Source: an uncultured Acidobacteriota bacterium
Lineage (GTDB): Bacteria; Acidobacteriota; Blastocatellia; RBC074
Length of the DNA stretch: 64,000 nucleotides
Assembly: GCA_963796275.1 (NCBI GenBank)
Contig: CAWCKY010000001.1
Coordinates: forward strand, 1,056,001 to 1,120,000
Reading direction: 5' to 3'
Shown: positions 11,894 to 22,780 of the stretch, piece after piece
How the letters are laid out: the number at the start of each line of letters is the position of its first letter
Position numbering within the stretch: the stretch's first letter is position 1
Made by a program: the position numbers and the translations under genes
Notes under the pieces: model-generated
Database searches by the model: none
What the model was told of the DNA's origin: nothing
Seen by the model: only the letters and a program-made list of their open reading frames with translations

Positions 11894-12772
11894 TTAATTG
11901 GACGCAAGCTGACGCCAAGGAATGTCAAACCCTTCCAGATCCTCGGGAACTTCGAGACCGCTACCGGCCAAACGAAGCTCTCCGATAAGCGTGATTGATC
12001 CGCTAACAGAGACTGACCAGAGTCTTCCCAGATTCGCACCATCGCCTTCGGTGATCATGTAGAGATTGGTTCCAGTTCCATTAGCTCCTCTGAAGTTAGC
12101 CAAGCCCGTGTCTTCGTTGAGGCTCACACCGAATGAGCCGACGGGTTCGAACACCTGGTCGTCAAAGTTATATTGATAGAGCGAATCGGTGAGGCGACCG
12201 TCAGTGGCAAACAATTCGCCGTTGCCGCCAACTGCCAAACCATCAAGAGCAACGCCTGGTGTGGTTGAAAGCAGGGTTCCCATACCCGTCGACGGGTCAA
12301 TCATATAGAGGCGGGTGCCCGCGGCCGGGTTTAGATCATCGGTGTGTATTGAATAGGCTGTAAGAGTGGTATGGTCCCAGGCAGCGCCGGCTTCAGTACC
12401 AAAGTTAATATTGGTTAGACCAACGAGAACGCCGAGTCCTGTCGGGTTAGCTGCTGCAGCGGTGAGGTCAACCAAAACGCTCGGGGCTCCCGTGCTAGTA
12501 GCGTCAGGAGTTTCCGCCACGCCGAACAATCTTGAGTTGGTAGGACCGTCAATCGAGAAGAAACCTTCGAGTTCCTGTGCGACATTGGTAAGGCCCACTG
12601 GGACAGTGGCGCCTGGGTTGTTTAAATCGATCCGATAAATTCTATTACCACCGCCACCCGGGTTATCGAGATCGGTGGCTGTGTAGCCGACCATCGCGCC
12701 TTGCGCCAAGGCGAACGATTGTGCAGAAGCAAGAATTGCTGCAAATGCAACTAAGCGAACAAATGTTTTCAC
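11894..12772 (-). CDS. Secreted hypothetical protein (beta-propeller-like)
   Basis: Signal peptide (ALA/Q); repeated LYxIDxxTG-like strands. Confidence 0.75.
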   Translation of the reverse strand: MKTFVRLVAFAAILASAQSFALAQGAMVGYTATDLDNPGGGGNRIYRIDLNNPGATVPVGLTNVAQELEGFFSIDGPTNSRLFGVAETPDATSTGAPSVLVDLTAAAANPTGLGVLVGLTNINFGTEAGAAWDHTTLTAYSIHTDDLNPAAGTRLYMIDPSTGMGTLLSTTPGVALDGLAVGGNGELFATDGRLTDSLYQYNFDDQVFEPVGSFGVSLNEDTGLANFRGANGTGTNLYMITEGDGANLGRLWSVSVSGSITLIGELRLAGSGLEVPEDLEGFDIPWRQLASN

Positions 12773-13357
12773 TATTTTCCTCCAGAGTTAGCAACCAAGC
12801 TTGCCCATAAAAGCTCAGTTGCCGGTTAAGGGTAAGTAAGTCTTTCGCTATAAGGCAATTGACTCGTGCGACAAGTAACTCTTAAATAACTTTTTCTCGC
12901 TTCATAAGCGCATTACCACACAGTAAGGCCAAACATCCCAAAAGATGATCGAAGTCGCTGTTCACCGTGTGAGCAGGTGCGCCACAAGCCTGGATCAGCT
13001 GCTAAGCCTCTGACATAGCCTCTGGACACACTACTCCCCGCTCGCGCATAAGGTATCCACGAATAGGTACTCTGCTTTGTTAGAGGAGTATTGGGTAACC
13101 ACTCGCTGGCTTTAGAGCATTCATTTAGAAAGGTTAACTAGACCGGCACCTGGCGATATTATCTCATTGTAATAACCGCCCTACCACAAATGTTGCATCA
13201 CCGTTACTTTCTGGAAACCTGTGAGTAGTTACGTTTTAATGACTCTGCTACACAACCACAGATCATTTATGACTATTTAGACACATTCTCTTACAAGGCT
13301 GATAGTTAGTTGATGAGTGCGCAAATAAAAGATCATTGAACCAACGTTATCAGTCCT

Positions 13358-13511
13358 GAGCGCCAGCGGCGCGGGATGTTTTTAGAACTCGTTCTCCCGC
13401 ATCTCACAAGCTCTCCGGAGGAGAGACATATTGAATGCCTGAATGTCGCTCCTCCGGAGCTTGTGAGACTTAGTGAATCGAATGCTATATGCATCGGGCT
13501 CCTCCGGAGCC
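13358..13511. repeat. REPIN-like element, CTCCGGAG family
   Basis: Inverted TCTCACAAGCTCTCCGGAGGAG / CTCCTCCGGAGCTTGTGAGA; similar to 22440-22595. Confidence 0.75.
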
Positions 13512-14029
13512 AATCAGAAGCTGTTGATAATAACCACCTTTAATTTGCACAATCCTCAGTTAGTTGCCTATGTTGGAGAATTATTTATGGCCGATATTAC
13601 ATAAAAGTAACTGCTGCAGTTACTAATGGCCGAAATCAGATCGATATGCTCATTGAATGTTGATACTGTGCTTTACCGGAGTTTCAAACAATTGAAACTA
13701 ATAAATATCACGGCTGATAGATCGTTGCCAATGCAAAAAGATGTTAAATTATTGGTGTGAAATTGTTGAAGTGTAACGGTTCAATGCAATGGATGATGTG
13801 GTTGCGCAGGTGCATGAATACTTACTCAAACGCTTTCAATGGAAGCACGGCTTATTAGTCTCGGAAGAAGAAGTAAACATTGAGTAACGGTCGAGTAATC
13901 ATCGATAAGAGTGGCTTATGAGTATTATGATAGATTGAAATTGAAAACCTGTCTGATCTAACTTTCTATGTCAGGAAACAAACAGGTTCGTTGAAAAAAT
14001 CAAAATAGAAAGATCAAACACAATAGTGT

Positions 14030-14788
14030 TTATTGGTTTTCTTCCACATCGGGGCGCAAATAGTCCGGGCCTCTCTTCCAACCAGTCAGCATCGAATTGA
14101 GATTGTTCCATCCGTGAAGTGCGACCATCACCAAATGGCCCGGGATGAAGGAGAGGAAACCGATCATTGTGGCAAAATGGTAGATGCGGATCATCCCGTA
14201 TCCGCCGAGCAACCATATAACAAACGCGAGTTGTGTGGGCTGGTAAAGCAATAGCCCGGTTATTACCGCAAGAACTCCGAGGAGGATCGTCGATGTATAC
14301 GCGAGCTTCTGCAGCGGATTGTACGGCTCGGTCTGTTCCGGTTTAGGTTTAAAAAAGAAATAATGCCGCACCATCGGCAGGAGACCGGAAAAGTCTTTCG
14401 GTAGGAAGATGACCTGACGCCAATGACCGCCGGACCACAAGTAGATGAAATAGGCGATTCCTGAAAGCGCGAATAACCAGGCGAAACTGAAATGCCATTG
14501 CAGCGCCCCGCCCAACCATCCGCCGAGTCTCATCAGATCGGGGAAGTGCAGAAAATCTTCCTGCGGAATCTTTGAGCCGAAGCTCGGAAACGCCATATAG
14601 ATTTGCAGCCCGCTCATGATCATCACCAGCAGCGAGATGGCATTGAGCCAGTGAGTGAAACGCACCAGCCATGGATGCTCGCTCGCGAATACTTCCCGCC
14701 GGCCGTCGATTTCTGCAGCTATTGTCCGGATATTCAATCCTGATTTGGTAGTCGCCATATCTTCACCTCGATCATCAAATCCCGCCAT
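14030..14788 (-). CDS. Cytochrome b/b6-domain membrane protein (Ni/Fe-hydrogenase cyt b type)
   Basis: RFTHWLN, QWHFSF, YNPLQKLAY, IYHF, GHL heme ligands. Confidence 0.85.
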   Translation of the reverse strand: MAGFDDRGEDMATTKSGLNIRTIAAEIDGRREVFASEHPWLVRFTHWLNAISLLVMIMSGLQIYMAFPSFGSKIPQEDFLHFPDLMRLGGWLGGALQWHFSFAWLFALSGIAYFIYLWSGGHWRQVIFLPKDFSGLLPMVRHYFFFKPKPEQTEPYNPLQKLAYTSTILLGVLAVITGLLLYQPTQLAFVIWLLGGYGMIRIYHFATMIGFLSFIPGHLVMVALHGWNNLNSMLTGWKRGPDYLRPDVEENQ

Positions 14789-15512
14789 ACCAGGAATAGC
14801 CTATGTCTTCCCAAAACCCTTTATCTTTGCGCAGCACGCTGCTCACGCGCAGGGAGTAAAGATGCTTGGCCGACTTATATCCGAGTTTGATCGGCATATG
14901 AATGCGCAACGGGGCGCCGTGAGCGGCCGCCAGCGGCTGCCCGTACATCTCGTAACAGAGCAGGGATTGGGGATGCAGGCAACTCGCCATGTCGTAAGAC
15001 GTGTAATAATCATCGAGGCACGCGACTTCGACGAACCGCGCGCCTTCGTCTGCGCCCACCAATTTCAGGAAGTCTGCCATTCGTGCTCCGCCGAAATTTC
15101 CGATCACGTCCCATCCTTCGATACAAAGATGCCTGACGTTCTGCATCTGTTTGGGTAAAGATTTGATCTGCTCAAGCGTATATTCGCCTGGTCGTTTAAC
15201 CATCCCTTCGACAGAGAGCGTCCATTTGGCGAGATCGTTCGCGGGGTCATATTCGGAATAGCTGTTGATGGGAAATCTTTCGAGCGGCGTAACCTTTCGA
15301 TCGCTGAATGTCTGTGCCATCCGCCGGCTGCTGAAGAACTGCTCCGTCGCACGATCGGTCAGATCGAGACCGCGTTTGATGATTTTTTCGTTAAATCCGG
15401 GGAGGGCAAACGCTCCCATAACCATTATCGGCGTTAGTTTGAGCAATTCGCGCCGGTTCATACGGCGTAACGCTTTCTCGGTTAACAACTCCGTTTTTGT
15501 TTCATCTTTCAT
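14775..15512 (-). CDS. Molybdopterin-dependent oxidoreductase (sulfite oxidase/MsrP family)
   Basis: Tat-like RRELLK, HLCIEGW, HGAPLR, LGYKSAK, GFWED. Confidence 0.88.
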   Translation of the reverse strand: MKDETKTELLTEKALRRMNRRELLKLTPIMVMGAFALPGFNEKIIKRGLDLTDRATEQFFSSRRMAQTFSDRKVTPLERFPINSYSEYDPANDLAKWTLSVEGMVKRPGEYTLEQIKSLPKQMQNVRHLCIEGWDVIGNFGGARMADFLKLVGADEGARFVEVACLDDYYTSYDMASCLHPQSLLCYEMYGQPLAAAHGAPLRIHMPIKLGYKSAKHLYSLRVSSVLRKDKGFWEDIGYSWYGGI

Positions 15513-15534
15513 CGTCTTTCACTGATCTTTCTCC

Positions 15535-15582
15535 CGGGGCAACGGGGCAACGGGGCAACGGGGCAACGGGGCAACGGGGCAA
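15535..15582. repeat. (CGGGGCAA)x6 octamer tandem repeat
   Basis: Six perfect copies read directly. Confidence 0.95.
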
Positions 15583-15621
15583 CGAGATAACATGGCAACC
15601 GCAGTGCGCACGGGGCAAAAA

Positions 15622-15658
15622 GAAAGGGTGCACAGGTTACAACCTGTAACACCCTTCT
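15622..15658 (-). terminator. Probable intrinsic terminator after the fasciclin gene
   Basis: AAGGGTG..ACAGGTT/AACCTGT..CACCCTT stem followed by a T-rich run on the minus strand. Confidence 0.5.
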
Positions 15659-15705
15659 CTTCATTCCCAGCAATTATATGGAGTATGAATTTGCTGGATT
15701 TATAA

Positions 15706-16296
15706 TTACGGCAACAAAACTTTATCGACTACGTGGATCACGCCATTCGACTGATTGACGTTGCTGATCGTAACCTTCGACGCGCCGCCCTTGGTATCGG
15801 TGACGGTGATCGTTTCGCCGCTGGCTGTCGCTGTTAACTCGCCGCCTTGGACGGTCTTGAGCTTTGCCTTACCGCCGCCCTGCTTGATCATTCGCTGCAG
15901 AGCCGCCGCGTTGTAACGGCCCGCGACAACGTGATAGGTCAGAACCGCCGTCAGCTTGGCTTTGTTCTCCGGCTTGAGCAGTGTTTCCACGGTGCCAGCA
16001 GGAAGCGCGCTGAATGCGGCGTTGACGGGAGCGAAGACCGTGAACGGGCCCGCGCCCTGTAGCGTTTGGACAAGACCCGCGGCCTTGACTGCGGCGACGA
16101 GCGTGGTGTGATCCTTTGAATTGACTGCGTTCTCAATAATGTTTTTGTCCGGATACATCGGTGCGCCACCAACCGTCACAGGTTTCTGTGCCAGGGCCGC
16201 GCCAGTCATCACCAGCGAAGCAAACAAACTAAGTGCAAAAGTCTTTAACATTTTCATTCCCTTCATTAAGTTCAGGTTAAGGTATAGTAGATTCAT
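15706..16296 (-). CDS. Fasciclin (FAS1) domain protein
   Basis: GPFTVFAP, LTYHVV, SNGVIHVVDKVL; the real start is probably a downstream Met. Confidence 0.92.
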   Translation of the reverse strand: MNLLYLNLNLMKGMKMLKTFALSLFASLVMTGAALAQKPVTVGGAPMYPDKNIIENAVNSKDHTTLVAAVKAAGLVQTLQGAGPFTVFAPVNAAFSALPAGTVETLLKPENKAKLTAVLTYHVVAGRYNAAALQRMIKQGGGKAKLKTVQGGELTATASGETITVTDTKGGASKVTISNVNQSNGVIHVVDKVLLP

Positions 16297-16796
16297 CGTA
16301 CTACTTCATACCACTTCCGGGCTGGTTGCCCATCAATCTAACAAAGAAGATTACGTGGGTGTGATGTTGGCAGATCTCTCGGGTGAGACAATTTTACATA
16401 TATATAAACCTAAGCAATAAAAGCTCTTTAAAATCAAGCGGATGAGAGTACACGAGGACGCCAAATACCACTCGAGTACAACTGCCGGCGCCAGTGTACA
16501 GTCACTCTGGAGGCGGCGTGCGACGGGGAGATTCCAGTTTGTTTCATCCAATCTTAGCCGAAAAACCGATCGGGGCCTTCGAGTATGATTGGAAGCAACT
16601 TACTCAGCTCTGAGCATCGAGGCAGGATCGGTCCGCGCGATTCTCCTGGCCGGGATCAGTGCTGCTTATAGGATCGCTGTAATCAAGATTACGACCGCGG
16701 CACTGCGGTGACCCAGTCTCGGGGGGGACTCCGTACAAGTATGTCTCGATGGGATCCTTTCTCGTATTTTCTACATCAGCACGCGCGCGGGGTAAT

Positions 16797-17336
16797 TTAA
16801 TTCTCTGAGATTTCTTTTGAAGCTATCTCCACCCGCTCATTTTCGATGTAGTAGTGCGGCTCACCATCGTAGGGCTCATCCTGCAACTCGGTGGCTGGCG
16901 CCGTCTGGAACGAGATGACGCACCAGCCCCCAGCTCCTGCGACCGCTTGATGAAAGGTGCCAGTCGGAATCACTATCCATTCCCGCTCCGTTACGCCCTC
17001 ATCCAATGATGATGGGAGCTGCACTTCATTTGGATGTTCGGGCTCGCCGATTCTCAAAGATCCTTTCCCGCGCCAGGTGTGCGTGTATTGCGTCGAGTTG
17101 GAGTGCTTATGGATATCGCTTTCTCCGCCGGGCGCAAAGGCAAAGACCCACAATGAACGAAGCGCGGCCATCTCGCCGGGCATTTTCAACTCCGGCATGA
17201 CGACGCGATAGGTCATTTCAAGCCCGGGCCGGGCGCGCAGTTCGGCTTCGCATTCATCGCAGGCACGCTCGATCGCGGCACGGTACTGCGGTTCATCGGC
17301 CAATTTCTGTATTGCCGGGAGAATCGATGTATTCAT
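16797..17336 (-). CDS. Hypothetical protein, cupin-like
   Basis: HKH...IPTGTFHQ cupin-like motifs. Confidence 0.6.
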   Translation of the reverse strand: MNTSILPAIQKLADEPQYRAAIERACDECEAELRARPGLEMTYRVVMPELKMPGEMAALRSLWVFAFAPGGESDIHKHSNSTQYTHTWRGKGSLRIGEPEHPNEVQLPSSLDEGVTEREWIVIPTGTFHQAVAGAGGWCVISFQTAPATELQDEPYDGEPHYYIENERVEIASKEISEN

Positions 17337-17579
17337 TTAAACCTCTAAAATTCAGAGTTGGAAATTCGCCACAAAAAACACAAAGAACATAGAATATAAA
17401 GAGACACGGAGTAACGTAATAAGGCGTCTCTGACAGCACTCCATTAAATCATGTAATTATTGTTGGTAGGCGAGCCAATAATCATGGTTCGTAGGCGAGC
17501 CAATCGTGAATTGTCGATAAATAATGCGACGATCTGACAATCGTTTGATGTTCATAACTTCCAACTTCCGTCACAGTTT

Positions 17580-20212
17580 TCACTCGTGTCGAAGCGACAA
17601 TAGGGGGTCGACCTTTGTTGCCCTGCGCGCAGGAATCCAGCAAGCGAGCAAAGCCATGACGATCAATAACAACGCGATGACGGCAAACGTGAGTGGGTCG
17701 GTCGTACTCACCTCGAACAACAAAGACTTGATCAACCGTGTTAATCCGAAGGCGGTAATTAAACCTATCGCTACGCCGGTTAACGCCAAGGACACGCCCT
17801 GGCTGACGACGAGTTTGAGCACATCGCGTGTTTGCGCGCCCAATGCCATCCGAATGCCGATCTCGTGCGTACGCTCGGCGACCAGATACGACATCACCCC
17901 GTAAATCCCGATCGCTGCCAGCAATAGTGCAATGCCGGCGAAGATCGCCAGGAGTATGAGATTGAAATGAGGTTGCGAAACTGTTCTCGCCAACAGCTCA
18001 TCCATCGTACGAATGTTGGAGATCGGCTGATCTTTGTCTATCGCCTGAACCTGATTGCGGACGGCGCCGACGAAGTTCAGCGGCTCACCGTTCGTCCGCA
18101 CTACCAGCGTCAGATTCGGCCAGGGAAATTGCGCGACCGGGAAATAGATCTCCGGATGCAGTCCATCGTCGAGCCCCATGTGTCTGACGCTTTTAACAAC
18201 GCCGATGATCTCGCGCCATTCCGGTCCGAGGGTGACGACCATGCGCTTGCCGATCGGGTCTTGATTTGGCAAGATATTGGCGCGCCAGGATTTCGTTGAT
18301 GATCAACACCGGCGGCGCATCGATGCCATCACTCTCCCTGAAAACGCGGCCTTTTTGCAATTGAATATTCAGAGTTTTGAAATAGTCCGTGCTGACACAG
18401 CGGGGTCTGGCAATATTCCGTTGAACGGAAGTAGGAGGTGGTCCACCTTCGATGTCGAACCCGATCCCTTCCTCCGCTCCGCTCAAGGGCAGCGGAAAGG
18501 CCGCGCTGGCTGCCTGTACACCTGGTGTCATGCGCAAACGCTCGAGCAATTGTCTGTAGAAGCTTGCTTGTTGAGGCGGCGTATATCTGCTGCGCGGCAA
18601 CCTGATGTCCGCGGTCAGGATATTTTTGGTATCGAGACCGGGATCAACACTCGTCAACCGCATGAAGCTTCTTAGCATCAGTCCTGCTCCGATAAGCAGC
18701 ACCAACGCCAGCGCCACTTCAGAAACCACCAGCAAGTTGCGCAAATGATGGTGGCCGATTCCCGCCGGAACTGCGCCCGCCCTCCTTAAGCACATCGCTC
18801 AAACTCAATCTCGAAGCTTGTATCGCCGGAACCAAACCGAAAAGGACTCCCGTAAACAGCGAGATCAGGAGCGTGAAGCCGAAGACCTTGCCGTCAATGC
18901 CGATCTCATCGGCGCGCGGTAGATCTCCAGGAATCACCAGATGTAACAAGTCGATGCCCCAGAACGCCACCAATAGCGCCAGCGACCCGCTCACGACCGC
19001 CAGCAGTATACTTTCCGTAAGTAACTGTCTGACCACGCGTCCGCGGCCCGCGCCCAGTGCGGAGCGAACCGCCATCTCTTTCCGTCGCGCCGTGGCACGA
19101 ACCAGCATCAAATTGGTGACATTCACGCAGGCGATCAACAGCACAAATCCGACTGCACCCAGCAATACCAGGAGCGCGAGCTTCACTCTCCCGACTACAT
19201 GTTGATGTAAAGTCACAAGACGTATTTCCTGATTCGGCCTGTTATCAGAGGACTGCTGCTGAAGCATCCGAGCAAAGCCGTTCATCTCAGCCTGGGCTTG
19301 CTCAAGGCTGACCTGCGGTTTGAGGCGCGCGATGACACCGACGGAAACGGCCTTGCGATTATTCCACTGATCAGGGGCGAAGGCGGTAGGAAGATAGATA
19401 TCTACTACACTTGGGATATAAGCGTGCAAGTGGTATGTCAGATCGCCTTTGCGTGGGAATTGAAAACCCTGCGGCATGACTCCGACGACCGTATAAGGTT
19501 CATGGTTGAGCGTGATCGTCTGACCGACGATCTTCAGGTCGGAGCCGAAGCGACGCTCCCACAGGCCATAACTGATAATCACGACGCGATGGTTGCCGGA
19601 TTGCTCTTCTTCGGAAAGGAAGAGGCGACCGCGTAATGCCCCGACGCCGAGTAAGCTGAAAAGATTGGCCGAAGCGAACACACTACCGGGTAGTTCAGGA
19701 TCTCCGCGACCGGTGAGGTTGAGTGGCTGCGAACCAAAAGCGGCAACCTGTTCAAAGACCTGATTATGATTACGTAAGTCGATGAAGTTTGTCGATGAAA
19801 ATGAAAAGCCCATGACCAGGCGCTCCGGATCTTTGTAGGGAAGTGGCCGCAGCAATATGCCGTTGATGATGCTGAAGATGGCGGTGTTGGCCCCGATCCC
19901 CAGCGACAGCGTGATCAAGGTTACCAAAGTGACACCGGGATTCTTCAACAGCATCCGGGCGCCGTATCGTAAGTCCTGCCATATCTCTTCCAACCATCGG
20001 AATCGGCTGGCGTCGCGATAAATCTCTTTCGTCTGTTCGATGCCACCGAAACTGCGCTGCGCGGCCATCCGCGCTTCTTCCTCGCTCATCCCTTTGCGGA
20101 TGTTCTCTTGTGTCTCCATCTCGAGATGAAAACGCAGCTCAATCTCCATCTCGCGTTCGCTCTTCTCTTTCTGCAATTGCTTGAGTAAACGATGAAACAG
20201 CTTGTGGAGCAT
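17580..20212 (-). CDS. ADOP-family duplicated ABC permease (MacB/FtsX x2); frameshifts near 18750 and 18270
   Basis: [45 protein letters not shown] spread over three ORFs. Confidence 0.85.
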
Positions 20213-20295
20213 GAATTTCCTCGCAGGAAATAGTTTTCAGTTTTCAGGCTGGGCGGTCTCGACAGACAACTAAAAACTAAAAACTAAAAACTATT

Positions 20296-20628
20296 TCAGG
20301 ATGCAGCCAGAATCTGCTCGATTGCGGTCGAGACCCGCTTCCAGCTCTCTGTCTCCTGGTCGAGCTGCTTGCGGCCCGTTCGCGTCAGCTTGTAATACTT
20401 TGCCTGGCGGTTGTTCTCCGAGGTTCCCCATTCGGACGAAATCCATCCCTGCTGCTCCAGTCGAACGAGCGCCGGATAGAGCGATCCCTGGTTGACCTGT
20501 AATACGCCTTCCGAAATCTGCTGGATGCGCTGCGTGATCCCCCATCCGTGCATCGGCTCAAGCGCCAGCGTCTTGAGAATGAGCAGGTCTAGCGTGCCCT
20601 GCAAAAGTTCCGATCTTTGTTTGCTCAT
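20296..20628 (-). CDS. PadR-family transcriptional regulator (acidobacterial type)
   Basis: LLQGTLDLLIL, MHGWGI, GSLYPAL, SENNRQAKYY. Confidence 0.93.
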   Translation of the reverse strand: MSKQRSELLQGTLDLLILKTLALEPMHGWGITQRIQQISEGVLQVNQGSLYPALVRLEQQGWISSEWGTSENNRQAKYYKLTRTGRKQLDQETESWKRVSTAIEQILAAS

Positions 20629-20638
20629 AGTTGCTCCT

Positions 20639-20686
20639 CTTGATTATCTACAAGACAAGCTATCATCGTTCTTGTAGATAATCAAG
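20639..20686. promoter_or_regulatory. Perfect 17-bp inverted repeat upstream of padR (putative operator)
   Basis: CTTGATTATCTACAAGA-N14-TCTTGTAGATAATCAAG. Confidence 0.7.
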
Positions 20687-20804
20687 TGGAATCGCTTTAA
20701 CGTCCGGGATGCAGGAAGGGCGAGCCTGCGGCCACACGCCTTGAGAAGCTGGATGAAGATTGATAATGAAGATGTAAAAAAATATGCGATGAGGTACGTT
20801 AATC

Positions 20805-21224
20805 GGATTCACGCACAGGACGGAGAAATAATTGCCGGAGACTAGATGGGCGTTGATCTGTTCCAATTCGCCTTCGGGACTGTTTCCATTGACGACGCCG
20901 TAGACGCGGTTCGGATAGCTGTTCAGGGCAGCGGCATCGGAAAAGGATTGATTAGGCCGGCGGAATTCTTGATAGCGGATAGGAGAAGAATCGCCAGTCG
21001 CCGTGTGGAAGACCGCTCTCAATGCCCGCCGGCGCATCGTTATTGCCGAAGAAGACGAGGCGCTCGGGTTGTCGTACCGGAATCTCCCGCACAAGCAATG
21101 CGTCGAGCAGGCTGAAGATTGCGGTGTTGGCCCCGATGCCCAGCGCGAGCGAGAGGACCGCTACTATCGTGAGGACTTTATTCTTGATCAGCATCCGCAA
21201 ACCGAAACGCAAATCTTGAAACAT
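20805..21224 (-). pseudogene. Truncated, frameshifted 5' part of an ADOP permease
   Basis: [24 protein letters not shown], then LVSGNYFSVL in another frame; remainder absent. Confidence 0.8.
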
Positions 21225-21241
21225 ATATTTCTCCTGTCCAG

Positions 21242-21336
21242 GCGCCCCAAAGGGGCACAAATATAATAGCCAGGGGTAAGCGAAGCGCAGCCCCTGGTAC
21301 CGTAGCCATTTGTGAGACAAGCCCTGAAAGGGTGAA
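21242..21336. repeat. REP-like element (GCCCTGAAAGGG / CCAGGGG..CCCCTGG family)
   Basis: Three short hairpins next to the tnpA pseudogene; degenerate inverted copy near 55157-55245. Confidence 0.7.
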
Positions 21337-21343
21337 ATATTCT

Positions 21344-21796
21344 TCAATCCCACACAAATCGCTCATCTATCTCGAACTGGTATCTTCGGCATAGCTCACG
21401 GTAATCATCCTGAAACGATAATCGATGATGACGCTCCTTTTGATGTGCTATGTAATGCTTGAGGTCTTCAACACCTGATTGTCCAACGGAAAATACCCCG
21501 TATCCCGATTGCCACTGGAAGTTATCCAATTCATCGCTTTTCTCTTTGATCTACTTCGATGATGAGCTTTTGAGCTCTTCCACGAGTTTGGCTACCGAGC
21601 AGACACGCGACAAGGAAAAAAGTGCGTGGATATGGTCTTGGTCTCCGCCGATCAGCAACGAAGGAGATTGATGGTTACGAAAAACTCCACCCAGATACTT
21701 GTACAACTCGAGTTCAATGGATTCGGTGATCAATTTTCGTCTGTTCTTCGTGCTAAAGACGAGATGTAGCAAGATCGAAGAGAGTGATTGCGGCAT
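21344..21796 (-). pseudogene. tnpA: IS200-family HUH transposase (RAYT-like) with in-frame TAG at the conserved Trp
   Basis: HLVFSTK, DHIH, SSSK*IKE (TAG 21553-21551), WQSGYGVF, YIAHQ; both ORFs in one frame. Confidence 0.88.
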
Positions 21797-21880
21797 AAAA
21801 AGCCCCTTTATTTCGCCCTTACCATCTTGCCATATGGCACACCGGTTATACTGACCGTAAAGCCATCGGCAAGGAGGTAA

Positions 21881-22285
21881 GTGATGGGCGTACGCAATCC
21901 ACGCTATGAAGAACTTTTGCGCCTAGAATCTAAGACTCTTGACGCGCAATTTTTGACGACCGTTGAACAAGGTCTCAATTGTTCTCCCTTTGAGTCACAG
22001 GCCGTGCTCGAAGTCGTCAAAGAAGTCTATTTCCCATTCCTCGCTCAGGCACAGACTTCTGTACCTTTACCAGGGAGGATTACATTGGTTGCCGTGTGTG
22101 CTGACGAACCAGCCGGTAAACCAATTGCCAAATGTTCAAAGCGGACCATTTGCCTGACACTGCATCGAGGTGGAGAAGATGACCGCCTCTTGCAGAAAGA
22201 AGGCCCGGACCGCTTTCGTCAAGCGCGCATTCCCGATCTTTGTCAAGAAGCCTTAAGTCAGGGCGCCTTACTGACACGCGAAGAT
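21881..22285 (+). pseudogene. Truncated DUF1670-like protein
   Basis: EPAGKP...QEALSQGALLTRED matches the DUF1670 pattern as I recall it; homology stops at 22285. Confidence 0.6.
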
Positions 22286-22333
22286 CGGCACGATGATGCC
22301 GATGAATTTGATCAACCAGAGATGCGGTCTCAC
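22286..22333 (-). pseudogene. Extreme 5' remnant of an ADOP permease gene (MRPHLWLIKFIGIIVP)
   Basis: Near-identical to the start of the 25481 gene ([16 protein letters not shown]); GTG start with AGGAG RBS. Confidence 0.7.
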
Positions 22334-22349
22334 TGTTACTCCTCTGAAG

Positions 22350-22775
22350 CGCTTGGGTACGCACGCTTCCAGATTTTGCTGGCGAATTCGTTTCAGCCCA
22401 GCGCCCGGCAGCGCGAGTCTGCTCATCACCAATATCCGGGAGCGCCAGAGGCGCGTTATGTTTATAGAAATTTTCGTAATAGTGCCCCAACTCCGGAGGA
22501 GCGGCATATAAACGGCATCATATGTCGCTCCTTCTTCGGAGCTGGAGATAATTGCTTGCCATGTTCTATAAACATAACGCCCTCCGGAGCGAAGAGCCGA
22601 TAATTTCATTTTCTGAATTCGCCAGCAGAATCGTCCAGCATGCTGAGTCTCCTCTAGGGGCCCTTCGATCGAAGTTCGGCACGCTGGAAGCTTGCGTACC
22701 AAGGCGCTTCTGCCGGAATTTCTCGGCTACCGAGCCCTTCCGCCTGAAGGCGGTACTCCGAACTTCCTTCAAAAC
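22350..22775. repeat. Nested composite of REP-like elements
   Basis: GGGTACGCACGCTTCCAG/CTGGAAGCTTGCGTACC arms enclose a 17-bp IR pair and a CTCCGGAG element; followed by CCGCCTGAAGGCGG. Confidence 0.75.
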
Positions 22776-22780
22776 TTTCT

